From: an uncultured virus (IMG/VR IMGVR_UViG_3300028591_000120)
Lineage: Duplodnaviria; Heunggongvirae; Uroviricota; Caudoviricetes
Strand: one strand, 5' to 3'
DNA: 58,538 nucleotides
IMG/VR virus record: IMGVR_UViG_3300028591_000120
The notes beneath the pieces were generated by a model. The model ran no database searches. It was not told the origin of the DNA and saw only the letters and a program-made list of their open reading frames with translations. This document shows, piece after piece, positions 20,817 through 30,067 of this stretch (position 1 is its first letter; each line of letters starts with the position of its first letter). A program made the position numbers and the translations under genes.

Positions 20817-21242
20817 TCAGATACAGCCTGCGTTATAAAAATCTCTCAGATACATTAATGCTTTTAATAGTTTATGATGTTTAAAGATATTGTTTATAAA
20901 ATTTAATGATAGAGACTGGGACAATGAATAGGTTTTGATTAGCCTATTAGAGAACGCTATCATAAAAAACAGTACGCTTGTTCTACATGAAGTACTTGAT
21001 AATATAATACATTGTGTTTTGTATTTATTTGTGTGAAAATGAATCCGCTTAAATTCTTTATCACCGGTTGCCATATTTAAAAGTGATTCAAGATTTTTAT
21101 CAAAAGCCTTTTTATATTTTAAAATATGTATTAATTGATAATAATATTCATTTTCTTTAGCTTCTCTGGCAAGAATTTTTTTGCCTTCATTGTGCCAATA
21201 TAAGAGAAAATCTTTTTTAAGTTGGTATTTATCTTTTTTCAT
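20817..21242 (-). CDS. hypothetical protein
   Basis: ORF overlapping the RNA ligase stop. Confidence 0.55.
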   Translation of the reverse strand: MKKDKYQLKKDFLLYWHNEGKKILAREAKENEYYYQLIHILKYKKAFDKNLESLLNMATGDKEFKRIHFHTNKYKTQCIILSSTSCRTSVLFFMIAFSNRLIKTYSLSQSLSLNFINNIFKHHKLLKALMYLRDFYNAGCI

Positions 21243-22150
21243 TTAATTCCTGGTTCTATATTTTCTGAGTACCATTTATTAAACTCATTAAATTCATCAT
21301 TGGTAAATTCTTTTCTAACTTGGTTATATGAATTATAGTCACAACTTTTAATTTTTACAATTATTCTGCTGCCGTTTTCGTTTTTGAGGGGAATTACAGG
21401 TCTTGCCACAACTCCCTCTGCCATAAGTGAAGGGTCTTTTGCATCTGCCATTGTTGTGGTGAAGCCATCAATGACCATTTTCTCAAATTCAGAGAACGTA
21501 TGAACGCCCAAGAATGGCACTTGTTTTAGTGACAATTCTTTGCAATAGTTATCACGTAATTCTTTGGGAAGCCACCAGCCTTGCATATTGATGTCAAAAA
21601 CCACGAAATCGTTGTTATCTGAATAACGTGGGCCACATTTTTGAATGCCTTTACCGTAGTATTCTCCGTATATGTAGATTGGAATTTCCTCCAGCTGAAT
21701 ACCACAGAATCCGGCTTTTGGCTCTATCATTGAACTATCATTTGCTTCAATATAGTATTGAACTTTATTTGTTTCTTTATTTTTTACTGGCGCAAACTTT
21801 GCAATTTCTTTTGGGAATAATTCGCACAGTTTGGGTTTAATTCTGTCGGCTATTGCTTGTAGCATTTCAAACTGTCCGTGTTGTGACTCTGCATTATCCG
21901 TTTTGCCTCCAACCAAGACCTCGCCCGTATATGGGAAGAATACAATTTTGCTGCATGTACCATCTATTTTCTCATAGCCCTCAAATGGGCAATCCTTAAG
22001 AAATTCAATGGACTTGTCAGAGAAGCTACCAAGTATTATTTGGTTGCGCCATTTCATCCATTTAGGGTTTGGGCAATTATCCTTAGTAATATTCTGGTAT
22101 CTCTTATAAGACGTGTTAATTTTCTGATACTGTTGCATAAGATTCTTCAA
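21239..22150 (-). CDS. ATP-dependent RNA ligase (Rnl2-like)
   Basis: Nucleotidyltransferase motifs EKIDGT (I), YGEYYG (III), FVVFDI (IIIa), EGVV (IV), VKIK (V). Confidence 0.85.
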   Translation of the reverse strand: MKNLMQQYQKINTSYKRYQNITKDNCPNPKWMKWRNQIILGSFSDKSIEFLKDCPFEGYEKIDGTCSKIVFFPYTGEVLVGGKTDNAESQHGQFEMLQAIADRIKPKLCELFPKEIAKFAPVKNKETNKVQYYIEANDSSMIEPKAGFCGIQLEEIPIYIYGEYYGKGIQKCGPRYSDNNDFVVFDINMQGWWLPKELRDNYCKELSLKQVPFLGVHTFSEFEKMVIDGFTTTMADAKDPSLMAEGVVARPVIPLKNENGSRIIVKIKSCDYNSYNQVRKEFTNDEFNEFNKWYSENIEPGIK

Positions 22151-22334
22151 TTTTTTGCTTAATTGTTTCTATTTTAAACTCAGTTCTATATAGTTTTTTG
22201 CTATACATTTCTGAAAAAGATTTGTTTCTTTTATTTTTCTTAATGGCTTGTTTTATTTCTTCGGCTCTATTTTTTAAAATTGATAGCCTGCTTTGCCAAG
22301 CATCATATTGCATTTTTGATGGGGAGGAATTCAT
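22116..22334 (-). CDS. hypothetical coiled-coil protein
   Basis: ORF between pncA and the ligase. Confidence 0.55.
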   Translation of the reverse strand: MNSSPSKMQYDAWQSRLSILKNRAEEIKQAIKKNKRNKSFSEMYSKKLYRTEFKIETIKQKIEESYATVSEN

Positions 22335-22341
22335 ATGTTTT

Positions 22342-22914
22342 TTACATTATTATGATTCCATTTTTGTCTAGTTCTTTCAGTGTTTCTTCTGTGTTTCCTA
22401 TTGCCGGACTGAATTCGTGTAAAACTGCTATATTTGTTTTATTGAAGCATCTTTTTGCGTCTTCTGCCGTTGATTTAACACAGTAATCAAGTGCCAAACC
22501 ACAAATATCAATTTCCTTTATTTCATAGTTTTTTGAAAGCGATGTGAGGAATGCTCCACTGTTCATGTTGCTGAATACTGAATATTCTTCTCGGTCTTCT
22601 TCATCACCTTTGGTTAATACATCATAATCCACACCGCTGTAATAAAGGGCATCAATAATGGGTTGATAAATTGAAGCGCCTATTGTGTGCTGTACGCAAT
22701 GTAATGGCCAAATGCCGCCATTTTGCTTAAATGAGCAGTGCGATGCTGGATGCCAATCTGCTGTTAGGAAGATAAAGTCATAATCTTTAGCGTGCTCTTT
22801 GATGAATTCTGCCAAATTACGCATTGCTGCCTCTGCGCCCGTTACCGAAAGACTACCATTTATGAAGTCATATTGACAGTCCACGAGTATTAAAATTTTG
22901 TTGTATTTTTCCAT
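22342..22914 (-). CDS. pncA: nicotinamidase (isochorismatase family)
   Basis: VDCQYDF..GSL, DWHP..H.SF, WPLHCVQHT.GA, KG....EEYSVF and GLALDYCV motifs. Confidence 0.92.
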   Translation of the reverse strand: MEKYNKILILVDCQYDFINGSLSVTGAEAAMRNLAEFIKEHAKDYDFIFLTADWHPASHCSFKQNGGIWPLHCVQHTIGASIYQPIIDALYYSGVDYDVLTKGDEEDREEYSVFSNMNSGAFLTSLSKNYEIKEIDICGLALDYCVKSTAEDAKRCFNKTNIAVLHEFSPAIGNTEETLKELDKNGIIIM

Positions 22915-23019
22915 GTTCTATTATGCTTTATATTTTCAAGCGCAAATATACAAAAAATAATTCATTTGGGAAGAATGATTTTAGTTAATTTTACTTAAAA
23001 AGGCGTTCATTTGAACGCC

Positions 23020-25266
23020 TTATATCTCAATTTCAATCATTATTGCATTTTCATCGTTTATTTCTATTGTTTCCTTATAATATATAGGTTCGTTTTTATT
23101 AGCGCTGAAGCATTTTCCATTATATATTTCAAATATATGATTCCCTGCTTTTAGGTTTATTTCTCCATTGTATGCAATATCAGTTTTATTTCCCATTTCC
23201 GGTGAAATCCAACACGGAGATAAATTTATGCTAATTTTGTTATCTATTAATAGTAATGAGTTTTCTCCTGTCCATATATCTTCTTTAATACTATCTTTCG
23301 TTTTAAATTTAACTATTACTGGTACCTTATATATTTTTTCTTCTTTTTTTGCATATGATAGAACTAAAGTTATTTTTTTACCGGTATCTTTTTGAGTAAT
23401 AATGAATGTATCATTTGTGCTTTCAGAGGTATTAATGGGGAATGTAATAATTCCATCTTCTAACAATTTAATTGAGAAATCATAATTCCTTTTTTCGATG
23501 CCATTTTTATCATATAAACCTATTTTAAATGGTGCAGATTCACAATTAATTTTTTTACCATTTCTATATGTATTTTTTATGGAAATAATTTTTATAAATG
23601 TTGGCTTTTCAGTGTCTTTCCATAATACCATTCTTTCCTTTTTATCAAAATCAAATGTCAAGTCATATGTGTTGCTTATAATATCAGTTCCTTTAACTAT
23701 AAATTTAATTTGTTTGCTTTCAAATAGTTTTTCATCATCTTTTGAATATATGGCGATTATAACTTTTGCAGTAATATCTGAAACGCTATGCTTTGTTTTA
23801 TTTATGAATTTAGCGCAATAAGTATTAGGGCTTATTTTTTCTAACCCTGTCATTTCCAATAAATCATTATTATCGCTGCTGAAATAATATTTTATAATAT
23901 CATCATCAATAGGAACTATTTGTTGCTCTCCATTTTCATATACCAATGCTTTATAAATGCTGAATATGACATTATTGCTATCTATTTCATTACTATTTAA
24001 CTCTGTTTTACCGATATAGTTGCATTCATATATTTCTTTAACAATATCTATTGCCGGTTGTGATATTATTAGTTCTATATCGTTGCTTTTATCCTTTGAA
24101 CAATACATTAATAATGATACTTCCCTATCATTATCCTTATCTAAATTTGGCTCAGTAAGTTTTATGACAGCCTTTATGCCATTATCATCTTTATTTATCG
24201 TGCCTTTTGCCCATGTATATTGAGAAAATATTGCTATATCTTGTGTATCTTTTTCTCCATGAAATTCTCCATCTATATATTCAAGTTCTTTGGCGCTAAT
24301 ATAAACCTCTAATGTTGTTGGCAAACTAGTATTTAATGGAATAAATTTAATTTTTCTGCCATCATCAAAAGACAGTTTATATTCATATGTTGCAACACCG
24401 CCTTCATTTTGATATAGCTCTTCTGATGCCGTAAAATCTAAATATTTGGCAGTTATTGTTGCTGACCTTTTATTAGCCCCAATTTCTTGTTCTTTTACAA
24501 TTATAATATTTTTATTTGGTATAAAGTTTTTTCTATCGGTGGATGTAATAAAGCTTTTGGCCGTTATATCTTCCACTAATCCGGGTTCGCATTTTTCAGC
24601 CACCTTGTTGCCGCATGAATCTTTTTTGCAGTATATCTTTGAATAGTATCTTTCAACTTTTGCTGCTACTGCGCCGCCTTTATTGGATATGTTATTGTTT
24701 AATAACGTTAATGCTATATAATCTGTTGGCTCATTTTCTACTATCCAAGATGAATATGAATTTATATGCTGTATTATATGTTTTGTGGCTTCGTATTTCT
24801 TCCTGTTACGATAATAGGTTGCTAATACATCTACTTCATTATTTATGCCACTATTGTTTGCTTTTCTATTTATAAGATTTGGTTTTGAATATGAAAATAA
24901 ATCATTATTAATGGCTATAATAGCATTGATAGGTTTCAAGCCATTATCTTGACTAACATAGGTTTGACCATTACAATTAATGGTCATTAATGTAGATTTT
25001 GCATTTACTGCTATAGGTTGCTCCCCACCGCAAGCAGGGAAAAAATCATCAGTAACAATTTCTAAATAATCAATAGACAAATACAAATAAACTATTTCGT
25101 TATCTACTACACATAAACCATCTATGGTACCGGCAATAGTACCATTTGTGCTATATTTTTGAAATATATTTCCCCTAATTACATCTTCATTTGTAACAAT
25201 ATAATCATCAGGTATATTTATTTTAGGCTTAATGCCAAATAAGCTTTTAATATCTCTTACTGTCAT
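23020..25266 (-). CDS. large beta-rich protein, possibly structural (Ig/BACON-like modules)
   Basis: 748 aa with repeated R...I......Q Ig-like segments; preceded by ATATTTAT rather than a host-type promoter. Confidence 0.55.
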   Translation of the reverse strand: MTVRDIKSLFGIKPKINIPDDYIVTNEDVIRGNIFQKYSTNGTIAGTIDGLCVVDNEIVYLYLSIDYLEIVTDDFFPACGGEQPIAVNAKSTLMTINCNGQTYVSQDNGLKPINAIIAINNDLFSYSKPNLINRKANNSGINNEVDVLATYYRNRKKYEATKHIIQHINSYSSWIVENEPTDYIALTLLNNNISNKGGAVAAKVERYYSKIYCKKDSCGNKVAEKCEPGLVEDITAKSFITSTDRKNFIPNKNIIIVKEQEIGANKRSATITAKYLDFTASEELYQNEGGVATYEYKLSFDDGRKIKFIPLNTSLPTTLEVYISAKELEYIDGEFHGEKDTQDIAIFSQYTWAKGTINKDDNGIKAVIKLTEPNLDKDNDREVSLLMYCSKDKSNDIELIISQPAIDIVKEIYECNYIGKTELNSNEIDSNNVIFSIYKALVYENGEQQIVPIDDDIIKYYFSSDNNDLLEMTGLEKISPNTYCAKFINKTKHSVSDITAKVIIAIYSKDDEKLFESKQIKFIVKGTDIISNTYDLTFDFDKKERMVLWKDTEKPTFIKIISIKNTYRNGKKINCESAPFKIGLYDKNGIEKRNYDFSIKLLEDGIITFPINTSESTNDTFIITQKDTGKKITLVLSYAKKEEKIYKVPVIVKFKTKDSIKEDIWTGENSLLLIDNKISINLSPCWISPEMGNKTDIAYNGEINLKAGNHIFEIYNGKCFSANKNEPIYYKETIEINDENAIMIEIEI

Positions 25267-25319
25267 TTTAACTCATTTTAACAATAAATATTGCGCTATT
25301 AAAAAAAGGTTGTTTTTTG

Positions 25320-26735
25320 CTAAACAACCTTTTCTATATATTTTTCAGCGATTTTTAGCGCTTCTTCTTTTGTCAATGATGGGTCTTCTATGGCCTTATC
25401 TTTTATTTGCTTCATAATAGCGCCCAACAATGGAGAAGGCCTAAGCTTGAGGTGCTGCATAACATCATTTCCATTCACCGGCAGTGTTATCTGCTTACCG
25501 CTTTCTTGCTTTTTATCCATTTCTTTTATTTTCTCCCTAATACCTGGTATTTGCTTTATTTTTTTACCGTACATCTGAGAAATGTTATTGGCATGTATAA
25601 GATTAAGGCATACTTCTAATGCTGGTTCATTGTTTTCAAACTTTGACACAAACTTTCTAATGACTTGTGGCCTTGGTATGCTGTTACCCCTATATCCGGA
25701 GAAATCTTCATGGTTTTCAATCGCTATTTTAACAACCTTAATAACATGATTTGGATATTTCATTGCCTTAAGCACAGTTTCGGCCATGTCTGCCCCAACT
25801 TGAGAATGGAACAAGAATTGTTTATTATATGTCTTTATCTTGCCAATATCATGGAACAGAGCTGCAAGACGGCACTCCAACGTTGCTGGAACTTTATCTA
25901 CCACATCTAAAATATGGTCGTATAAGGTTCTTTGTGGCCTTAAATCTTGAAACACGTGTTTTGACATTTCTAGAAATGGAAGAACTTTAAACAATACATT
26001 GCATCTGCTCATTCGTTGCAAAGCAATACTTGGAGTTTCCGTGAGCAATATTTTATTAAGTTCGTCTGTTATGCGCTCTTGCGTTAGGAGATTAATTCTG
26101 CCAGCATTTTTAATCATCCCAAGCCACGTGTTTTTCTCTATGCCCCAATTATATTTAGAGCTATATCTGATAGTTCTTAATATGCGAAGTGGGTCATCTT
26201 CAAATATTGCATCGGCATCATCAGTTGTGCATATTACATGGTTTTTAATGTCTTCGATGCCTTTACCTGTGAAATCATGTATCTCATCGGTGCTGATATT
26301 ATAATAAAGGGCATTGATAGTTAAATCACGCCGCATGGCGTCTTCATGTATGGTCCCGAAAGCTGTTGATGGGTTTCGAGAGTTCCTATCATATTTTTCT
26401 TTTCTAGTTTGAACGCATTCAATTTCAATGCCAGAAAAGTCAGCATCGGTAAGAATCTGCATTTTAGCCGTGCCATATGTTTTAAAAACACAAGGGTTCT
26501 TTTCAGATATAAGACATCCGGTGTGGTATGCCAACCACGTTGCAAAACTTATACCCCCATCTGGTACGTCTACAGCAATGTCTATGTCATGCGATTCATT
26601 GCCCATTATTGAATCTCTTACAAAGCCGCCAACAATAAAGACGTGGTTTTCAAATGCACTATCTTTAATTAAGCTACGTATTTTTTCTATTAGCTTAATG
26701 TGCTTTTGGTTTTGAATATTTAAAAGCTTGTTCAT
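25320..26735 (-). CDS. cca: CCA tRNA nucleotidyltransferase with HD domain
   Basis: VGGFVRD, DIDI, RRDLTINAL, EDDPLRILR, ERITDEL and LFHDIGK motifs. Confidence 0.93.
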   Translation of the reverse strand: MNKLLNIQNQKHIKLIEKIRSLIKDSAFENHVFIVGGFVRDSIMGNESHDIDIAVDVPDGGISFATWLAYHTGCLISEKNPCVFKTYGTAKMQILTDADFSGIEIECVQTRKEKYDRNSRNPSTAFGTIHEDAMRRDLTINALYYNISTDEIHDFTGKGIEDIKNHVICTTDDADAIFEDDPLRILRTIRYSSKYNWGIEKNTWLGMIKNAGRINLLTQERITDELNKILLTETPSIALQRMSRCNVLFKVLPFLEMSKHVFQDLRPQRTLYDHILDVVDKVPATLECRLAALFHDIGKIKTYNKQFLFHSQVGADMAETVLKAMKYPNHVIKVVKIAIENHEDFSGYRGNSIPRPQVIRKFVSKFENNEPALEVCLNLIHANNISQMYGKKIKQIPGIREKIKEMDKKQESGKQITLPVNGNDVMQHLKLRPSPLLGAIMKQIKDKAIEDPSLTKEEALKIAEKYIEKVV

Positions 26736-27736
26736 ATCTATTTCTAGCTTACTTTAATCAATGGCTTTAAAAATTTTGCTAATTCTGATTTATTGTAATA
26801 AAATACTAAATCATTATCTTCAACATCAATACCATTAATCAATTTATATGTTTGGGCAAAATATATTTCATTGGCACATTTAAAATCCCTACTTCCATCT
26901 AAAAAATCTTTTGTATATACATAAGTATAATTATCGGTATCAGTAGTCTTAAATGCATGTGAATGAAGGTGAAAAAATTCTGCCTTAACATCTAAATTAA
27001 CGTTAGTTTTTACAAATTGTATAATATAATCATTTATGATTTTTTTGGCAATATCTTCCAATTTAAATTCTGGTTTAAGCTTATAAATAAGCTCATCAGA
27101 GTTCATTGAAAATAAATTAAAATACTCACTAATATCTGTATTATTTCTTAAAGCCTCTTCCATTCTTCCAACAAGTATCTTTTCATATCTCATTGTTCTG
27201 TGAGGATTCAGCTTTCCGAATATTATTTGCCTGGTTCTCTTTGACTTGACAGGTATTTCGCTATCAGTAAATTTACCAATAAACTCTTCATATGTATTGC
27301 AATCTAAAACAATTGCAGGATTATATGTGTGCAATGCCTGAAAATTAGCCTTTCTTAAATCTATCGATAAGAAAGCGTTATCGCCTTCAATTATTTGCTC
27401 TTGCGTATATAGGTTTTTTTCACCTATAATGGGCTAAGTTATGCTCTCATCAGAATTAAATGCCTTGAACGCATCAGAATTGGCTGTAGAAGCAATTATT
27501 TTATCGCGCAGCGAGTGGTAATCTTCCAAGAATTGCGTAATATTATCTCCATATGTCTTAGTGACGGTAGAGACATATTCATCATATGCCTTAACTGTCC
27601 CAAAATCCTTATCAAATAAGGCCACTCGTTCCATGAAATAAGGGTCTTCAAGAACTTGTATTGGTGCGTTGGTATCTTCCACAAACCTATACCTTAAACG
27701 ATGCACGTCATGCTTTAACATTTCTTTCATATGCAT
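26732..27736 (-). CDS. hypothetical protein, a single gene if TAG is read through (joins track ORFs 27434..27793 and 26744..27334)
   Basis: In-frame TAG at 27434-27436 followed by open PIIGEKNLY...FLSIDLRKANFQALHTY; TAGs at 26744 and 26738 lead to a TGA overlapping the cca ATG. Confidence 0.7.
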
Positions 27737-27750
27737 TTTAATATATTTCT

Positions 27751-27810
27751 GTGCAAAGGTACAAAAAAAACGTGGAATAAACAAATATTCCACGTTAATT
27801 ATTGTTAAAT
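27751..27810 (-). promoter_or_regulatory. Composite terminator + Bacteroidota sigma-A promoter with upstream TTAAC direct repeats
   Basis: Minus strand TTAAC-N5-TTAACGTGGAATA-TTTGTT-TATTCCACG-T8-G-TACCTTTG; similar modules at ~8595, ~12869, ~37190, ~40445. Confidence 0.75.
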
Positions 27811-28575
27811 CTAAGAATAACTGTATTCGAATATTGTAACCAAATCATTTTCTTTTAATTTGCTTATGAAACGGTCATAAAACTCATTAACCCATTTAAT
27901 TTCATTTCCATCATCATCAACATCATACCACCCATTTTCATCTAAATATGCATAATTCCAATACGCACAATTATGAGACACGAATTCGTCAGCATTCTTA
28001 AATTTAGACAAATAATTTTTTCTGTTTTTCCACTCTTCTTTTATTTTTTCCTCTTCTTCATTACTGGGGTCATCATCATCCATTACCAACGCCCATATGG
28101 TTTCAAATAACCTAGTATAATCATGATTCATATGCATCGAACCCCAATCAATATCCTTGTTTAATGCCTGATACTTTTCTTCCCCATTGTTGAGCTTTAG
28201 CGGATAAGAATAATTTTTACCCAAATTATATTTGTCCCATTTACCATTAGGATTTTCTTCTGAAAGGGCATTACCGTTTTCATCATAGTACAAGCCTTGC
28301 GTTATTGTACTATAATATTCAAATGGGGTCATGGCATTAATAGATTTTAAACGCTCTTTAAAATAATCACATTGAAATTCATTTAGCATAAATTTCTTAG
28401 GGTTGGTGGTTATTTCCGTTAGCATTTTAGCAGCATTCTGCTTTAGCTTTTCTGCATCTAAATATCTATATTTTATATATGCATTAACCTTTAAAGAACG
28501 GTCATATTTTTCCATTAATTTTTCCGGGTTTTCTCCTATGACCATTACTGAAAAAAATTTACTTCCCTTACTCAT
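27811..28575 (-). CDS. hypothetical phage protein
   Basis: F.V.VIG.NP....KYD and NPNGKWD.Y motifs; ends TAG ATT TAA. Confidence 0.7.
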   Translation of the reverse strand: MSKGSKFFSVMVIGENPEKLMEKYDRSLKVNAYIKYRYLDAEKLKQNAAKMLTEITTNPKKFMLNEFQCDYFKERLKSINAMTPFEYYSTITQGLYYDENGNALSEENPNGKWDKYNLGKNYSYPLKLNNGEEKYQALNKDIDWGSMHMNHDYTRLFETIWALVMDDDDPSNEEEEKIKEEWKNRKNYLSKFKNADEFVSHNCAYWNYAYLDENGWYDVDDDGNEIKWVNEFYDRFISKLKENDLVTIFEYSYS

Positions 28576-29914
28576 TATTAGAAACATTTATATTGTAATG
28601 CCCGTTTGTTGCCGCAGTAAATGCTATGTTATGCGTTAAGGTTTCTATTGCCTCCGGGCTCGTCCTATCTGTTACTGTGGCCTCTTGCATGTCAGCAGCG
28701 CCCGTTCTATCTGCAATATCTTCTGTCGTTATTGTAGCCCTTATAGTTGCTGGTTCATTTACCCCATATGTTATTTGGTTTATCGGCAAATATTGCCAAT
28801 AATCGGCACGAGGTGCTCTATTGAATCTATGTAATTGGCGTGGCTCTTCCTCGTCCTCAACTATTTCTCCTCCAACATCGGCGCCCAAGTCATCGTGTAA
28901 GTTGCCATCTTCCAAGTCCCTATAATCTAACCTTTTCAAGAAAGACAAAGATAATGACTTCCTTTTCTTTTCAATCATCTTTTCTTCGTGTTCATAAGAG
29001 CTTATGGCTCTGCTCACATTAATGGGGATTAAATTATCGTCAAGAGACTTAAAAATAGTATCAGAGCACCTTATTGTGTGGTTAGTGTGGAAATGGCTAT
29101 ACGCCCAAAAAATAGGCTTTGAGCTATTATCCCTTAGTGTCTCAAATATCCTATCCATAACTGTGCGTTCCAATTTAGAATCACTTATTATGGCTTCATC
29201 ATTTTCAGCCCATTCGTCTATGTTTTCATTGCCTTCTGATGTTATAAATGATGGCACTGTATGTGTTGCCACACAGTTAATGTTGATGTTCTTACAGATT
29301 TCAGCAATCTTATCACCATTAAAAATTGGTAACTCTTTATCCCAATATAATTCTTTCTTAAAATCACCGGAGAGTTTATTTAATCTATTCTCCTGTTCTT
29401 TTCTCCATCTTCTATCAATTGATAGAGCGCCGCCAACGCACAAAAAGTTCAAATTAGCAGTTTCTATAACAGAGTAATCTTGAACCGTTTTTATGTTAGA
29501 TAAATCAATTTTTTTATTTTCAAAATAATCCGGATTATCATGATTGCCTCTTATAAAATAAATATATGTATTATTGTATTTTAATATATTGTTGAGTCTG
29601 CTTAAAATATCATTATAATATTCTTCTTTCTTGGTGCCGAAACCAGCATCTCCGGTGATAATAATCACAGAATTAGAATAAACGGTTGATTTACTCGATG
29701 TAAACTCATTAAATACAGTCTTAAAACGCCGTCTATCCGGCTCCATTGACATTCTTTTTTTTAGCCACTCTAATTCTTTAGGGTGAATTTGTTCCTCATC
29801 TTCTTTTTTTACAACAAGACCGGATTTTATCTTTGATAGTATTTTTTTCATACCACCAACGAAACATCCAACAACATAAACGTCTTTAATTTCTTTATGA
29901 GAATAAAGTTCCAT
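28568..29914 (-). CDS. metallophosphoesterase-like protein with C-terminal extension
   Basis: TGDAGFG, IRGNHD, GGALSID, THTVP and YSHFH; first DxH motif degenerate. Confidence 0.8.
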   Translation of the reverse strand: MELYSHKEIKDVYVVGCFVGGMKKILSKIKSGLVVKKEDEEQIHPKELEWLKKRMSMEPDRRRFKTVFNEFTSSKSTVYSNSVIIITGDAGFGTKKEEYYNDILSRLNNILKYNNTYIYFIRGNHDNPDYFENKKIDLSNIKTVQDYSVIETANLNFLCVGGALSIDRRWRKEQENRLNKLSGDFKKELYWDKELPIFNGDKIAEICKNININCVATHTVPSFITSEGNENIDEWAENDEAIISDSKLERTVMDRIFETLRDNSSKPIFWAYSHFHTNHTIRCSDTIFKSLDDNLIPINVSRAISSYEHEEKMIEKKRKSLSLSFLKRLDYRDLEDGNLHDDLGADVGGEIVEDEEEPRQLHRFNRAPRADYWQYLPINQITYGVNEPATIRATITTEDIADRTGAADMQEATVTDRTSPEAIETLTHNIAFTAATNGHYNINVSNNE

Positions 29915-30067
29915 AAAAATCAGATTTTAAAATTTAACTTACTATGCTGCAAATATACAAAAAAATAAAAGAAAAAAGAAATTTATAATATAAAAAAATA
30001 AACGCCGTTATTATATTTAACGACGTTTACCATTTGTTAAAAACTGTTATATTCTAAAAGCAAAGCC

